NCBI GenBank assembly: GCA_001767035.1
Contig: MEKR01000130.1
Location: forward strand, 1-53,593
Reading direction: 5' to 3'
Source of the DNA: Acidobacteria bacterium RIFCSPLOWO2_02_FULL_61_28
GTDB lineage: Bacteria > Acidobacteriota > Terriglobia > 2-12-FULL-54-10
Length of the DNA stretch: 53,593 bases
Shown piece by piece: positions 33,172-41,843 of the stretch. Position numbers and translations under genes: made by a program. Every line of letters starts with the position of its first letter. Position 1 is the first letter of the stretch. The notes beneath the pieces were generated by a model. It was not told the origin of the DNA. It saw only the letters and a program-made list of their open reading frames with translations, and did no database searches.

Positions 33172-35547
33172 TCAGGCGCGCGCGTCGAGTGCAGCCTTGA
33201 CCCGCTCCGGCGTGAAGGGGACCTGCCGGATACGGGCGCCGGTGGCGTCAAAGATCGCATTCCCGATCGCGGACGCGACCAGCGTAATGGAAGTTTCGCC
33301 TGCACCCATTGCTCTTTCGTTGGGCCGGTTGATCAGTACGACTTCGATTTTCGGCGCCTCGAAACCTAACGGCAGGCTACGGTAGGTTTTCCAATCGAAG
33401 GAATTCACTTTCTGGTCGTCCCAAGTCACCTCTTCCAGAAGCGCGCGGCTGACTCCCTGGAGAGCGCCGCCTTCGATCTGATTTCTGAGGCCGTCGGGGT
33501 TGGAAATCGGGCCGCAGTCGTTGCCTGCGAACATGCGCCTGACCGCCACCTGTCCGGTGGACTGATTCACCTCAACCTCAGCGACCAGCGCGCAATATCC
33601 GTTACGGCCCTCATACAGGACGCAGGAGACGCCCCGCCCGGTCGCGACGCCGGTCTTACGGATTCCGGGCTTGGGCGAGGGACGGGCGTCCCAGTTGGCA
33701 GCCTTCGCTGCCGCCTGGAGCACCTCGCTCAACCGGGAATCACGCAGATGACGCAGACGAAACGCAACCGGGTCCGCCTTTGCCTTTGCAGCCAGCTCAT
33801 CCATGAAGGATTCCTGGGCAAAGGTGTTCTGGAGCCGTCCGGGGGACCGCAGCGGGCCTGTCCAGAATGACGATCTCACGTTGTGTCCCAGGATCCGCGC
33901 GCTCTTGATGGTCCCTGTGCCATAGCACTCGGCGCCAATGCAGCCGGCCACATAGGAGGGCACTGCGTTGCCGTTGTTGTTAAATTCCCTGGGCTCCGGC
34001 GCGGGCGATCGCGGAGCAAACTCCTGCGGTTGAAAGCCCGCCAGCATGCCTGTGATTACGTTCCCGGGAGTCTCATTCCCCGGCCGCCCCCCCAGCGTCG
34101 GGGACCAGGATTCGTGCTCCCAGGCAACGATATTGCCTTGAGCGTCCAGCCCGGCGCGCTCGTCCATGACAAATGCGCTTCCGTAATTCTCCCACGCCAT
34201 TTCATCTTGGCGCGAGAGTTGCACGCGGACGGGCTTTCCGGCCGCCTGCGAAAGCAGGGCGGCATCGTAGCTGACGGTGTCGGCGCCGTTCAGCCCATAA
34301 CAGCCGGAACCCCGCCGGTAGATGACGCGCACGTTTTCCGGCTTCAGGCCGAGCACCATGGCCGCGGTGTTTCGCTGGGGCCAAACCCCTTGCGTAGGCG
34401 ACCAGATGGTGGCTTTATCTGCCTGAACATCAGCGACCGCGCATGAACTGCCCACCGAGCCGTGCATTTGATGGGGGTGGTAATACGTAGCTTTCAGAAC
34501 CGTAGCGGCTCCCGCCAGCTTTTGCTCCGAGTCGCGGGAATCGAGCACCATCGTGTCGCGGGTCGGCTTCTGATTTCGCAGGTGATCGTAATAGCGCGAG
34601 TAACTCGGCAGCCCGGTTCCAGGGGTCCACGTCACCTTCAGTCTGTCAGCGGCCTGGATCGCCTGCCAGGGTTTTTGCGCGACTACGCCGACGAAGTTCT
34701 TCTTGACGACCACCTGGACTACCCCCGGCATATCCTGAACCGAACTTTCATCCACACGGACCACAGTCGCGCCGACGGCCGGAGGTCTCACCACCCTGCC
34801 GTGCAGCATGCCGGGCAGTCGCACATTGTGGACAAACTCAAACTGCCCCGTGACTACAGCCGGGAGGTCCTCGCGTTTTACCGGGGTGCCGAGCACTTTC
34901 CACTCGCTGGCCGGCTTGCGCTTCGCGTTCCTGTCGAGCGTGAGGTTGAACTTCTTCCCGCCGACCAACTGGCCGTAACTCACTTTCTTGGCGGGGTCGT
35001 TCTTCACGCTGATCACGCTATCGGCGGCCGTGAGCTGATCCGCCGTCGCACCGAGATGCGCCGCAGCGAGCCGGAACAGGGCTTCGCGAGCCGTGGCGGC
35101 GCCCTGGGCCAAATTAGTATTATTGAAATTGGCGGGATGGGACCCGCTGCCCGAAGTCACGCCCTGATCCGGTGTAAACGCGGTATCGGAATAGATGAGC
35201 GTTACGCGATTCAGGGGCACAGACAGTTCTTCCGCCACCAGTTGCGTCTGGACTGTGGACATACCCTGACCGATTTCACACTTGCCCGTGTATGCTGTCA
35301 CGTTGCCGTTTGCGGCGATGGCGATCCAGGAATCCACCTGGTTGGCGGGCGGCGAAGCGGCTCCGGCCCGTTCCCCAAGGGCCTGAGAAGCGGCTGGCTG
35401 GCTGGCCGGCCCCGCCGTGCTGAAGCCGACCAGCAGCGCCCCGGAGGTTTTCAGAAAATCCCTGCGAGAAAATCCAGCGGCTTTCAGAGCGGAGAGGGCC
35501 TCCGGCGTCAGAGCCAGCGGGCTTGTGGCTTTCCAGAATTTCTTCAT
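33172..35547 (-). CDS. Molybdopterin-binding large subunit of an IorB/aldehyde-oxidoreductase-type enzyme, Tat signal
   Basis: MKKFWK..AAGFSRRDFLKTSGALLVGFS. Aldehyde oxidase/xanthine dehydrogenase a/b-hammerhead and MoCo-binding regions. The start was placed at ATG 35547 (TGATG overlap with the upstream gene) rather than the maximal ORF. Confidence 0.88.
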   Translation of the reverse strand: MKKFWKATSPLALTPEALSALKAAGFSRRDFLKTSGALLVGFSTAGPASQPAASQALGERAGAASPPANQVDSWIAIAANGNVTAYTGKCEIGQGMSTVQTQLVAEELSVPLNRVTLIYSDTAFTPDQGVTSGSGSHPANFNNTNLAQGAATAREALFRLAAAHLGATADQLTAADSVISVKNDPAKKVSYGQLVGGKKFNLTLDRNAKRKPASEWKVLGTPVKREDLPAVVTGQFEFVHNVRLPGMLHGRVVRPPAVGATVVRVDESSVQDMPGVVQVVVKKNFVGVVAQKPWQAIQAADRLKVTWTPGTGLPSYSRYYDHLRNQKPTRDTMVLDSRDSEQKLAGAATVLKATYYHPHQMHGSVGSSCAVADVQADKATIWSPTQGVWPQRNTAAMVLGLKPENVRVIYRRGSGCYGLNGADTVSYDAALLSQAAGKPVRVQLSRQDEMAWENYGSAFVMDERAGLDAQGNIVAWEHESWSPTLGGRPGNETPGNVITGMLAGFQPQEFAPRSPAPEPREFNNNGNAVPSYVAGCIGAECYGTGTIKSARILGHNVRSSFWTGPLRSPGRLQNTFAQESFMDELAAKAKADPVAFRLRHLRDSRLSEVLQAAAKAANWDARPSPKPGIRKTGVATGRGVSCVLYEGRNGYCALVAEVEVNQSTGQVAVRRMFAGNDCGPISNPDGLRNQIEGGALQGVSRALLEEVTWDDQKVNSFDWKTYRSLPLGFEAPKIEVVLINRPNERAMGAGETSITLVASAIGNAIFDATGARIRQVPFTPERVKAALDARA

Positions 35548-36011
35548 CACGCCCTCCCCTGCGCGTAGCGCATGATGGCCCGGTGCATCCGGACATGAGT
35601 GAAGCAACGGCAGAGGACGCCCGCCAGCGCTTGCTGGATCTGCGCTTCCGTGGCTTTCGGATTCTTGTCCAGGAAAGCTTCCGCGGTCATGATGACGCCG
35701 TTGACACAAAAGCCGCATTGCGAGGCGGCCTCCTCAATGAACGCCTGCTGGATGGGGTGCGGCTTCTCGGGGCTTCCCAGCCCTTCCAGGGTCGTGATTT
35801 CCACACCCTCTACGTCCTTCACCGGCGTGGAACAGGACCGGATCGCCTCGCCTTTCACGATGACCGTGCATGCGCCGCATTGGGAAAGGCCGCAACCGAA
35901 CTTCGGACCGCGCAGCTCCAGATCGTCGCTGAGCACGTAGAGCAGCGGAGTGGTGGGATCCACGTCCAGGCTGTGTGTGCGGCCATTCACTTTCAGAGTG
36001 ATTACGCTCAT
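35547..36011 (-). CDS. [2Fe-2S]-binding small subunit (IorA/CoxS-like)
   Basis: ..GCGLSQCGACTV.. and ..QCGFCVNG..CRC.. cysteine clusters. 154 aa. Confidence 0.92.
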   Translation of the reverse strand: MSVITLKVNGRTHSLDVDPTTPLLYVLSDDLELRGPKFGCGLSQCGACTVIVKGEAIRSCSTPVKDVEGVEITTLEGLGSPEKPHPIQQAFIEEAASQCGFCVNGVIMTAEAFLDKNPKATEAQIQQALAGVLCRCFTHVRMHRAIMRYAQGRA

Positions 36012-36140
36012 ATCATCCTCGCCACGCCTGGCTCATCCGGGCCAGGCTCGAGATTTGCTGGTTCCGTTTTCGAAAGAGTGTTTGAATCCGACATCATTGT
36101 ATCCCGGATTCTCCCGCCACCTGCCAATTCCCCGTGGCTA

Positions 36141-36359
36141 TGCCATTTTCAGGGTCGGTGTAGAGTACGTGGGGACGTCAGGGCACGACTTCAGTCGTGC
36201 CGGAGGGCCTGTCAAATCAACTCCTCTTCCTTACGGCTTCAGCCGCTGAGGGACGTACCTCAGGGGCTAAAGCCCAGCGACAACGACGCGGCTTTTCGGC
36301 ATGGCTGAAGCCATGCCCTGACGACTTTCCGCCCCTATATATCAACGGTGAAAATGCTC
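36141..36359. mobile_element. Family-B MITE copy (219 bp)
   Basis: TA at 36139-36140 and 36360-36361. Near-identical to 41625-41843. Its last base plus the TA form the stop codon of the amidohydrolase gene. Confidence 0.85.
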
Positions 36360-37468
36360 TATGCCCCAATCCGCAGCAGCCTGGCCGCGTTGCCGCCCAG
36401 GATCGCTCGACGGTCGGCGTCGCTCAGCGCCGGCGTACTGAGGATATGATCTACCGCGTTTCTGTTCCACTCGCTTTGATAGTCGGTTCCTAAGACAACC
36501 TGGCCGGCGCCGACGGTTGCGACCAGATGCCGCAGGGCCTCGCCGGTAAAGACGACCGTATCGAAGTAAATCTGTCTGATATACTCGCTGGGTTTTTTCT
36601 TGAGCGGTTTGCAATTCTCCCGAAAGACGTTCTGGCATTGATCCTGCCGGCCGGCGGAAGCCGGCAGAAACCCGCCGCCATGGGCCCCGCAGATCTTGAG
36701 TTCCGGAAAACGATCCAGCGTTCCATCCTGAATCAAATGAGACAGCGCTACTGCGGTCGCCATAGGGCTTCCCAGCGAATTGCCTAAGTTGCCGTTCCCA
36801 CGGAACCGCCGCGCGCCTTCGCGGAACCCCTGCGGATGGATGAAAACGAACGCTCCCAGTTGCTCGGCCTTGGCCCAAAAGGGGTGAAACTTGGGGTCGG
36901 ACAGTTCGTCTCCATTGACGTCGGTTGTGATGGCACAACCCCGCAATCGCAGGTTCTTGACGGCGTAATCCAGTTGCTGGGCGGCGAGGTCGGGATGCTG
37001 CATCGCGATGCTGGCCAGTCCCACGAAGCGGTCCGGGCGGGCTGCGCAGAGTTCACCGATTTTTTCATTCTGAAGCTGGACGATCCGGTCCGCGAGGTTC
37101 CGGTCCGCCCAATTCCAAATATTGAATCTGCCGATGCTGACCGCCTGCACGTCAATTCCGGCCCGGTCCATTTCTGCGATACGGAGGTCCAGAGTGGTGA
37201 TGTCCACTTCCGGGTCCGGGGTGGCCAGGAACTCCTCCAGGCTCTTGCCCTGCTCCGTGTCCTTGACCAGTTCCCAAACCTGGGAAACCCGAATGTGGGC
37301 GTGGACGTCAATGGTTTGTACGCGCCGGCCGCCCACAGTGACCTGCCGGCGTTTCACGCCGCCGGCCTGCATCGCTCCGAGCGCAGAATCAACCAGGCCG
37401 CAGCCTGTGAAGAAGATTCCAGCGGTGGCGCCCGCTGCATCTCTCAAGAACTCTCTGCGATTGGTCAC
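36359..37468 (-). CDS. Amidohydrolase_2 (ACMSD/LigW-type metal-dependent hydrolase/decarboxylase) family protein with Tat signal
   Basis: MTNRREFLRDAAGATAGIFFTGCG. ..IDVHAHI.. HxH motif. ..VVLGTDYQSEW... GTG start with G-rich SD. Confidence 0.85.
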   Translation of the reverse strand: MTNRREFLRDAAGATAGIFFTGCGLVDSALGAMQAGGVKRRQVTVGGRRVQTIDVHAHIRVSQVWELVKDTEQGKSLEEFLATPDPEVDITTLDLRIAEMDRAGIDVQAVSIGRFNIWNWADRNLADRIVQLQNEKIGELCAARPDRFVGLASIAMQHPDLAAQQLDYAVKNLRLRGCAITTDVNGDELSDPKFHPFWAKAEQLGAFVFIHPQGFREGARRFRGNGNLGNSLGSPMATAVALSHLIQDGTLDRFPELKICGAHGGGFLPASAGRQDQCQNVFRENCKPLKKKPSEYIRQIYFDTVVFTGEALRHLVATVGAGQVVLGTDYQSEWNRNAVDHILSTPALSDADRRAILGGNAARLLRIGA

Positions 37469-37822
37469 GGCTCCCCCCTTCTTTGGCCCCGAAGCTTGCT
37501 GCTCGTCACCGGCCCTCGGTGGTCAATCGGAGGCTATTCTTTCGTTGCGAGCGCGAGCTCTTAAACTGCAATTCCTTATCGCTGGTTCCGCCGCCTAAAA
37601 GTATACACTCCCTGAAGTCAAAACGGATGCCGACCTTCGGTCAGCTCGATCGCCGTTCCCCAGGAGTCGGTGAGTTCCGCGCTCGCAGGGTCCGGGGGAT
37701 CCAGTCTCACTCCGGCAGCCTCCCGCTTTGCCAGGAACTCCCTGCCGTTCGGTACCCTCTGGCGGCCTCCGTCGCCGCAAACTCGGTATGGCGACAGGGG
37801 GAAGATTCTGATAGCGATCCTA

Positions 37823-38191
37823 GAGCTTTTTCACCGATGATATATAGGGGATGAAAGTCGTCAGGGCAGGGCTTCACCTGCATTATTCATGAAGGACGGT
37901 CCCTTTTCTCTAGCCCAGCGCTTCAGCGCTGGGTGGGCAGTATTAAGAAATGATATCCAGCCCGCTTCAGCGGGCTTTCCCAAGTCGCCTTTAGCCAAAG
38001 GGTTTAGCGAGGGCTAAAGCCGAAAACCGGGAAGGCCGCTAAAGCGGCCTTTAAAATAAGTAGCTTTGCTGACCCCGGCCTGAAGGCCGGGGCTAGAGTT
38101 AGGAAGAGGAGCTGATTTGACACGCCTTCCGGCACGACTCAAGTCGTGCCCTGACGTCCCCACGTACTCTACATCAACCCCGAAAATGGTG
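37823..38191. mobile_element. Family-B MITE (inverted orientation) containing a truncated family-A MITE (37877-38098)
   Basis: TA at 37821-37822 and 38192-38193. The inner element follows TTCA 37873-37876. The distal inner end and ~70 nt of host sequence are missing. Confidence 0.75.
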
Positions 38192-38276
38192 TAAAGTCAA
38201 GAAGCTTCCGCCTGAAGAACGAGACCCGTTGGTTTTCGGGCGCCTCCCGAGAACTCCAGGGGACTGAAAAAGTAGA

Positions 38277-39788
38277 ATGAAGGGAACGAATATGGGTCAG
38301 GTTCAAGACGCCAATCTCCCGGCAGCGAAAAGCGGCGCAACCATGAGCCGGCGCAGCCTGTTGCAAGGCCTGGGGTGGTCTGTCGTATTCGCGGCGCTTC
38401 CGCGCGGGGTGGGGTTTGCCGCGGAGAGCATCAGTCCGGTGATGGCTCAGCTCAGCGCCTATATGAGCGAGGCCCGCAACCGCGCGCTGCCGGACGAGGT
38501 GGTGGAGAAGGCCAAGCACCACATCCTCGATACCTTTGCGGCCATGGTTTCCGGCTCCGATCTGCCTCCCGGACTCGCGGCGCTCCGTTTCGTCCGCGCT
38601 TATGGCGGCGAGAAGGTGGCAACGGTCGTGGGCTCGAAGATGGTCTGTGGTCCGATCGAGGCGGCGCTCGCGAACGGCGTGATGGCTCATGCCGACGAAA
38701 CCGACGACTCGCACGGCCCGTCGCAATCCCATCCGGGCGCCCCGATCGTGCCGGCCGCCCTGGCGGCTGGAGAGAAATTCGGCGTCGCAGGGGCGCACTT
38801 TCTGCGCGCCGTGGTCCTCGGCTACGATGTCGGACCGCGGGTAACAATGTCCATGGATGCCCTGGCTTTTCGGAGAGACAGCCACAAGAGCACCCACGCC
38901 ATCGCCGGAATCTTCGGGGCCGCAGCCGCCGCGGGCTGCGCAGCCAGCCTCGACGCGCAGCAGATGCGCTGGCTGCTCGATTACACAGCCCAGCAGTCTT
39001 CCGGCATTGCCGCTTGGCAGCGCGATACCGACCATATCGAGAAGGCCTTCGTATTCGGCGGCATGCCGGCGCGCAGCGGGGTCACCGCGGCCTTGCTGGT
39101 GCAGTCGGGATGGACCGGCGTGGACGACATTCTGTCGGGACCCGACAATTTCTTTCTCGCCACCGCTCCCCAGGCCGATCCGGCCGGGCTGATCGAGAAG
39201 CTCGGTGAGCGCTATGAGGTGACCAGGACGGACATCAAAAAATGGTCCGTGGGATCGCCCATCCAGGCGGTGCTCGACGCGCTGGAACTCCTGCTGAAGA
39301 AGCGGCCCTTCGAGGCGGAACAAGTGCTGCGGGTAATCGTGCGGCTCTCGGCCACAGGGGCGGCCACCGTGGACAACCGCGAGATGCCGGATATCTCCCT
39401 GCAGCACATGATCGCGGTGATGCTGCTCGACAAGACCGCTTCGTTCCATGCGGCACACGACAAGCCGCGCATGCAGGAACCAGCGATCCTGCGGCAGCGC
39501 GCGAAGGTGCAACTCGTCCCCGATGAGGAGCTGCAGCGCCGCCTGCCGCGGCGGGAGGCGATCGTCGAGGTCACGCTTACCGACGGAACACAATTCCGCG
39601 AGCATGTCGAAGCGGTGCGCGGAACCGCTGCAAACCCGATGACCCGCGATGAGGTGGTCGCGAAATCCCGCGAGCTGATGACCCCCATCCTCGGAGCAGC
39701 GAACTGCGCCAAGCTCATCGCGCGCGTGCTCGGACTCGAGAACACAGGGGACATCCGAGAATTTCGACCCTTGCTGCAACGGGCCTGA
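38277..39788 (+). CDS. MmgE/PrpD-family protein with Tat signal
   Basis: ..MSRRSLLQGLGWSVVFAALPRGVGFAAE.., followed by the PrpD fold (..KHHILDTFAAMVSGS.., ..HADETDDSH.., ..GSPIQAVLDA..). The start could be 38277, 38292 or 38343. Confidence 0.85.
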   Translation: MKGTNMGQVQDANLPAAKSGATMSRRSLLQGLGWSVVFAALPRGVGFAAESISPVMAQLSAYMSEARNRALPDEVVEKAKHHILDTFAAMVSGSDLPPGLAALRFVRAYGGEKVATVVGSKMVCGPIEAALANGVMAHADETDDSHGPSQSHPGAPIVPAALAAGEKFGVAGAHFLRAVVLGYDVGPRVTMSMDALAFRRDSHKSTHAIAGIFGAAAAAGCAASLDAQQMRWLLDYTAQQSSGIAAWQRDTDHIEKAFVFGGMPARSGVTAALLVQSGWTGVDDILSGPDNFFLATAPQADPAGLIEKLGERYEVTRTDIKKWSVGSPIQAVLDALELLLKKRPFEAEQVLRVIVRLSATGAATVDNREMPDISLQHMIAVMLLDKTASFHAAHDKPRMQEPAILRQRAKVQLVPDEELQRRLPRREAIVEVTLTDGTQFREHVEAVRGTAANPMTRDEVVAKSRELMTPILGAANCAKLIARVLGLENTGDIREFRPLLQRA

Positions 39789-39817
39789 TCCAGCAGCTTC
39801 TACGAAGTTCCGCGCGC

Positions 39818-41554
39818 TCAGTCAGCGATGGGGGAAAGACCGCCCCTCTCCGGCGGACGGTAGGTCTTCAACGCATTCCCCTTGGGCTTGAAATTCACTC
39901 CCACAATGGTCTGGATGCCCCGCGACCCAAACCAGACGCTGCCGTCCTTGTCAATCTCCACTTTCGGCACGCTCCAACGCACTTGCGGCAGGGGATAGTA
40001 GGTGAACTTCTTCGTTGCCACGTCAAACCGGATGAGCGAATTGTAGGTGTCGTCGGTCACCCAGATGCTGCCGCGATTATCCGGCCACGCTTCGTAAAAG
40101 CCCCCATGCTTGTATTGCGGCTGGTATTCGATGATCTGCGCGGTGTCCGGGTCGAGATAGCCCAGCTTCCCGATGGAATATTCCGTGAACCAGACCTTGC
40201 CTTTGTTGTCCACGCCGAGCCGCCGGGTTCCGGAAGGCTGCGAGGGAGTGGGATACTGCGTCCACTTCTCGGTGGCCGGATTAAACCGGAACACAATGTG
40301 CTTGGGCCGCCCGACGGTCCAGATGTTGTCCTGCGGGTCCACGGCCAGCCCGTAGGTCTTGGCGCCCTCGACCGGCAACCCCCAATCGGTGATTTTCCGC
40401 GTCTTGGCGTCCAACTTCCCGATGGCGTTGCCGGCGTTCATCCCGTACCACACATTGTCCTTGGAATCCACCACCACCTGGAGCAAGGAACCTTGCCTGG
40501 GAAGCTCGTGCCGGATGGACTTTCCGGTCGCCGGGTCGAGCTCTCCCAGCTTGCCGTCCGCAATCTCGGCCCAGTAGACGCGCCCTTTGCTGTCCACGGC
40601 GTTTCCATGGATGAAGACGTTGCGCTCCGAAGGAACCTTGAACGTCTTCCACCGCTCGCTGAAACTGGTGGCGCGCGGATTCAACTGCGCCATCGCATTG
40701 ATCCCCGAACCGCCGAACCAGATGGTCCCGTCCAAGGGCGAAACATAGGGATCGTGCAGCCGGTGGCCGCTCGCGTATTCGTCGCGATCCGGGCGCTTCA
40801 GCCGTTCCGGGGTGCGGTAAACCGGCCCCAGATCAATTTCGTACTCGATGTAAAGCGCGTCCGCCAGGGCATCCTCGTCGGGCACGACCTCGTCGCGTTT
40901 GATGTCCCGGTTGGGGGCGTTGGGGCCGAAATGGGTCGCCAAATACTTATAGATCGGCTCCATCACGGTTTCGGCCGGCCACGGTTCGAGCGCGCTGGTC
41001 CTGCCGTTCCAAGTGGGAGCGGTCCGCATCTTCTCGGTCGCGGCCTTCCATCCCGCTTCGTCGAGCTTCCTGCGGTGGAGAAAGAACGGATGACAACCCA
41101 TGCACGCGACTTCCACCTCTTTGCGGCCCGGCCCCGGCGGATAGAGCGTGTCATAGTCCACCAGTTCCGCCGTCTGCCGCGGCCGCTCCAAAGCCGTCAG
41201 CGCCAAGTCCACCCGCTGCGTTTCGCCGGCGCGGAGTTGGGTGACCTCGACGGGAGACTCGTAGCCCTGTTGCAGCGCCCAAATCTCGTAATCGCCCGCC
41301 GGCAAATCCACAAACCGATAGCGGCCCGCCTTGGTAAAGGTGGTGTACATGATCCGGTTTACCGTATCGCGGGCCTTTACGCGGAATCCCCTCACTTCGC
41401 CGCGATCCGCCGTGATCGTGCCGATAACCCTTCCTCCGGCTGCAAGCAGCGGAGTCGCCCCGGTGAAGATGATCACGGTCAGAATGCCCAAAAGAACTGC
41501 GCTCAGGTGGAAAAACCTGCGCGACTGGAAAGAAGACCTTTCTTGGATGCTCAT
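39818..41554 (-). CDS. CarboxypepD_reg-like / CxxCH / Vgb-like beta-propeller protein, paralog 3
   Basis: Hydrophobic N-terminus. VIGTITADRGEVRGFRVKA. VACMGCHPFF. Blades (..DGTIWFGGSG.., ..GRVYWAEIAD.., ..DNVWYGMNAG.., ..DNIWTVGRP.., ..GKVWFTEYS.., ..GSIWVTDDT.., ..GSVWFGSRG..). Confidence 0.85.
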   Translation of the reverse strand: MSIQERSSFQSRRFFHLSAVLLGILTVIIFTGATPLLAAGGRVIGTITADRGEVRGFRVKARDTVNRIMYTTFTKAGRYRFVDLPAGDYEIWALQQGYESPVEVTQLRAGETQRVDLALTALERPRQTAELVDYDTLYPPGPGRKEVEVACMGCHPFFLHRRKLDEAGWKAATEKMRTAPTWNGRTSALEPWPAETVMEPIYKYLATHFGPNAPNRDIKRDEVVPDEDALADALYIEYEIDLGPVYRTPERLKRPDRDEYASGHRLHDPYVSPLDGTIWFGGSGINAMAQLNPRATSFSERWKTFKVPSERNVFIHGNAVDSKGRVYWAEIADGKLGELDPATGKSIRHELPRQGSLLQVVVDSKDNVWYGMNAGNAIGKLDAKTRKITDWGLPVEGAKTYGLAVDPQDNIWTVGRPKHIVFRFNPATEKWTQYPTPSQPSGTRRLGVDNKGKVWFTEYSIGKLGYLDPDTAQIIEYQPQYKHGGFYEAWPDNRGSIWVTDDTYNSLIRFDVATKKFTYYPLPQVRWSVPKVEIDKDGSVWFGSRGIQTIVGVNFKPKGNALKTYRPPERGGLSPIAD

Positions 41555-41624
41555 CGTTGGTTCTCCCGTATTGAGATAGTATTACTCCTCCCGGCTTGCC
41601 GGGAAGCGTTGTCTTAGAACCTTA

Positions 41625-41843
41625 CACCATTTTCAGGGTTGGTGTAGAGTACGTGGGGACGTCAGGGCACGACTTCAGTCGTGCCGGAGGGCGTGTCAAA
41701 TCAACTCCTCTTCCTTACGGCTTCAGCCGCTGAGGGACGTACCTCAGGGGCTAAAGCCCAACCGAAACGACGCGGCTTTTCGGCATGGCTGAAGCCATGC
41801 CCTGACGACTTTCATCCCCTAAATATCAACGGTGAAAATGCTC
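41625..41843. mobile_element. Family-B MITE copy (219 bp)
   Basis: TA at 41623-41624 and 41844-41845. Its last base plus the TA form the stop codon of the TonB receptor gene. Confidence 0.85.
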
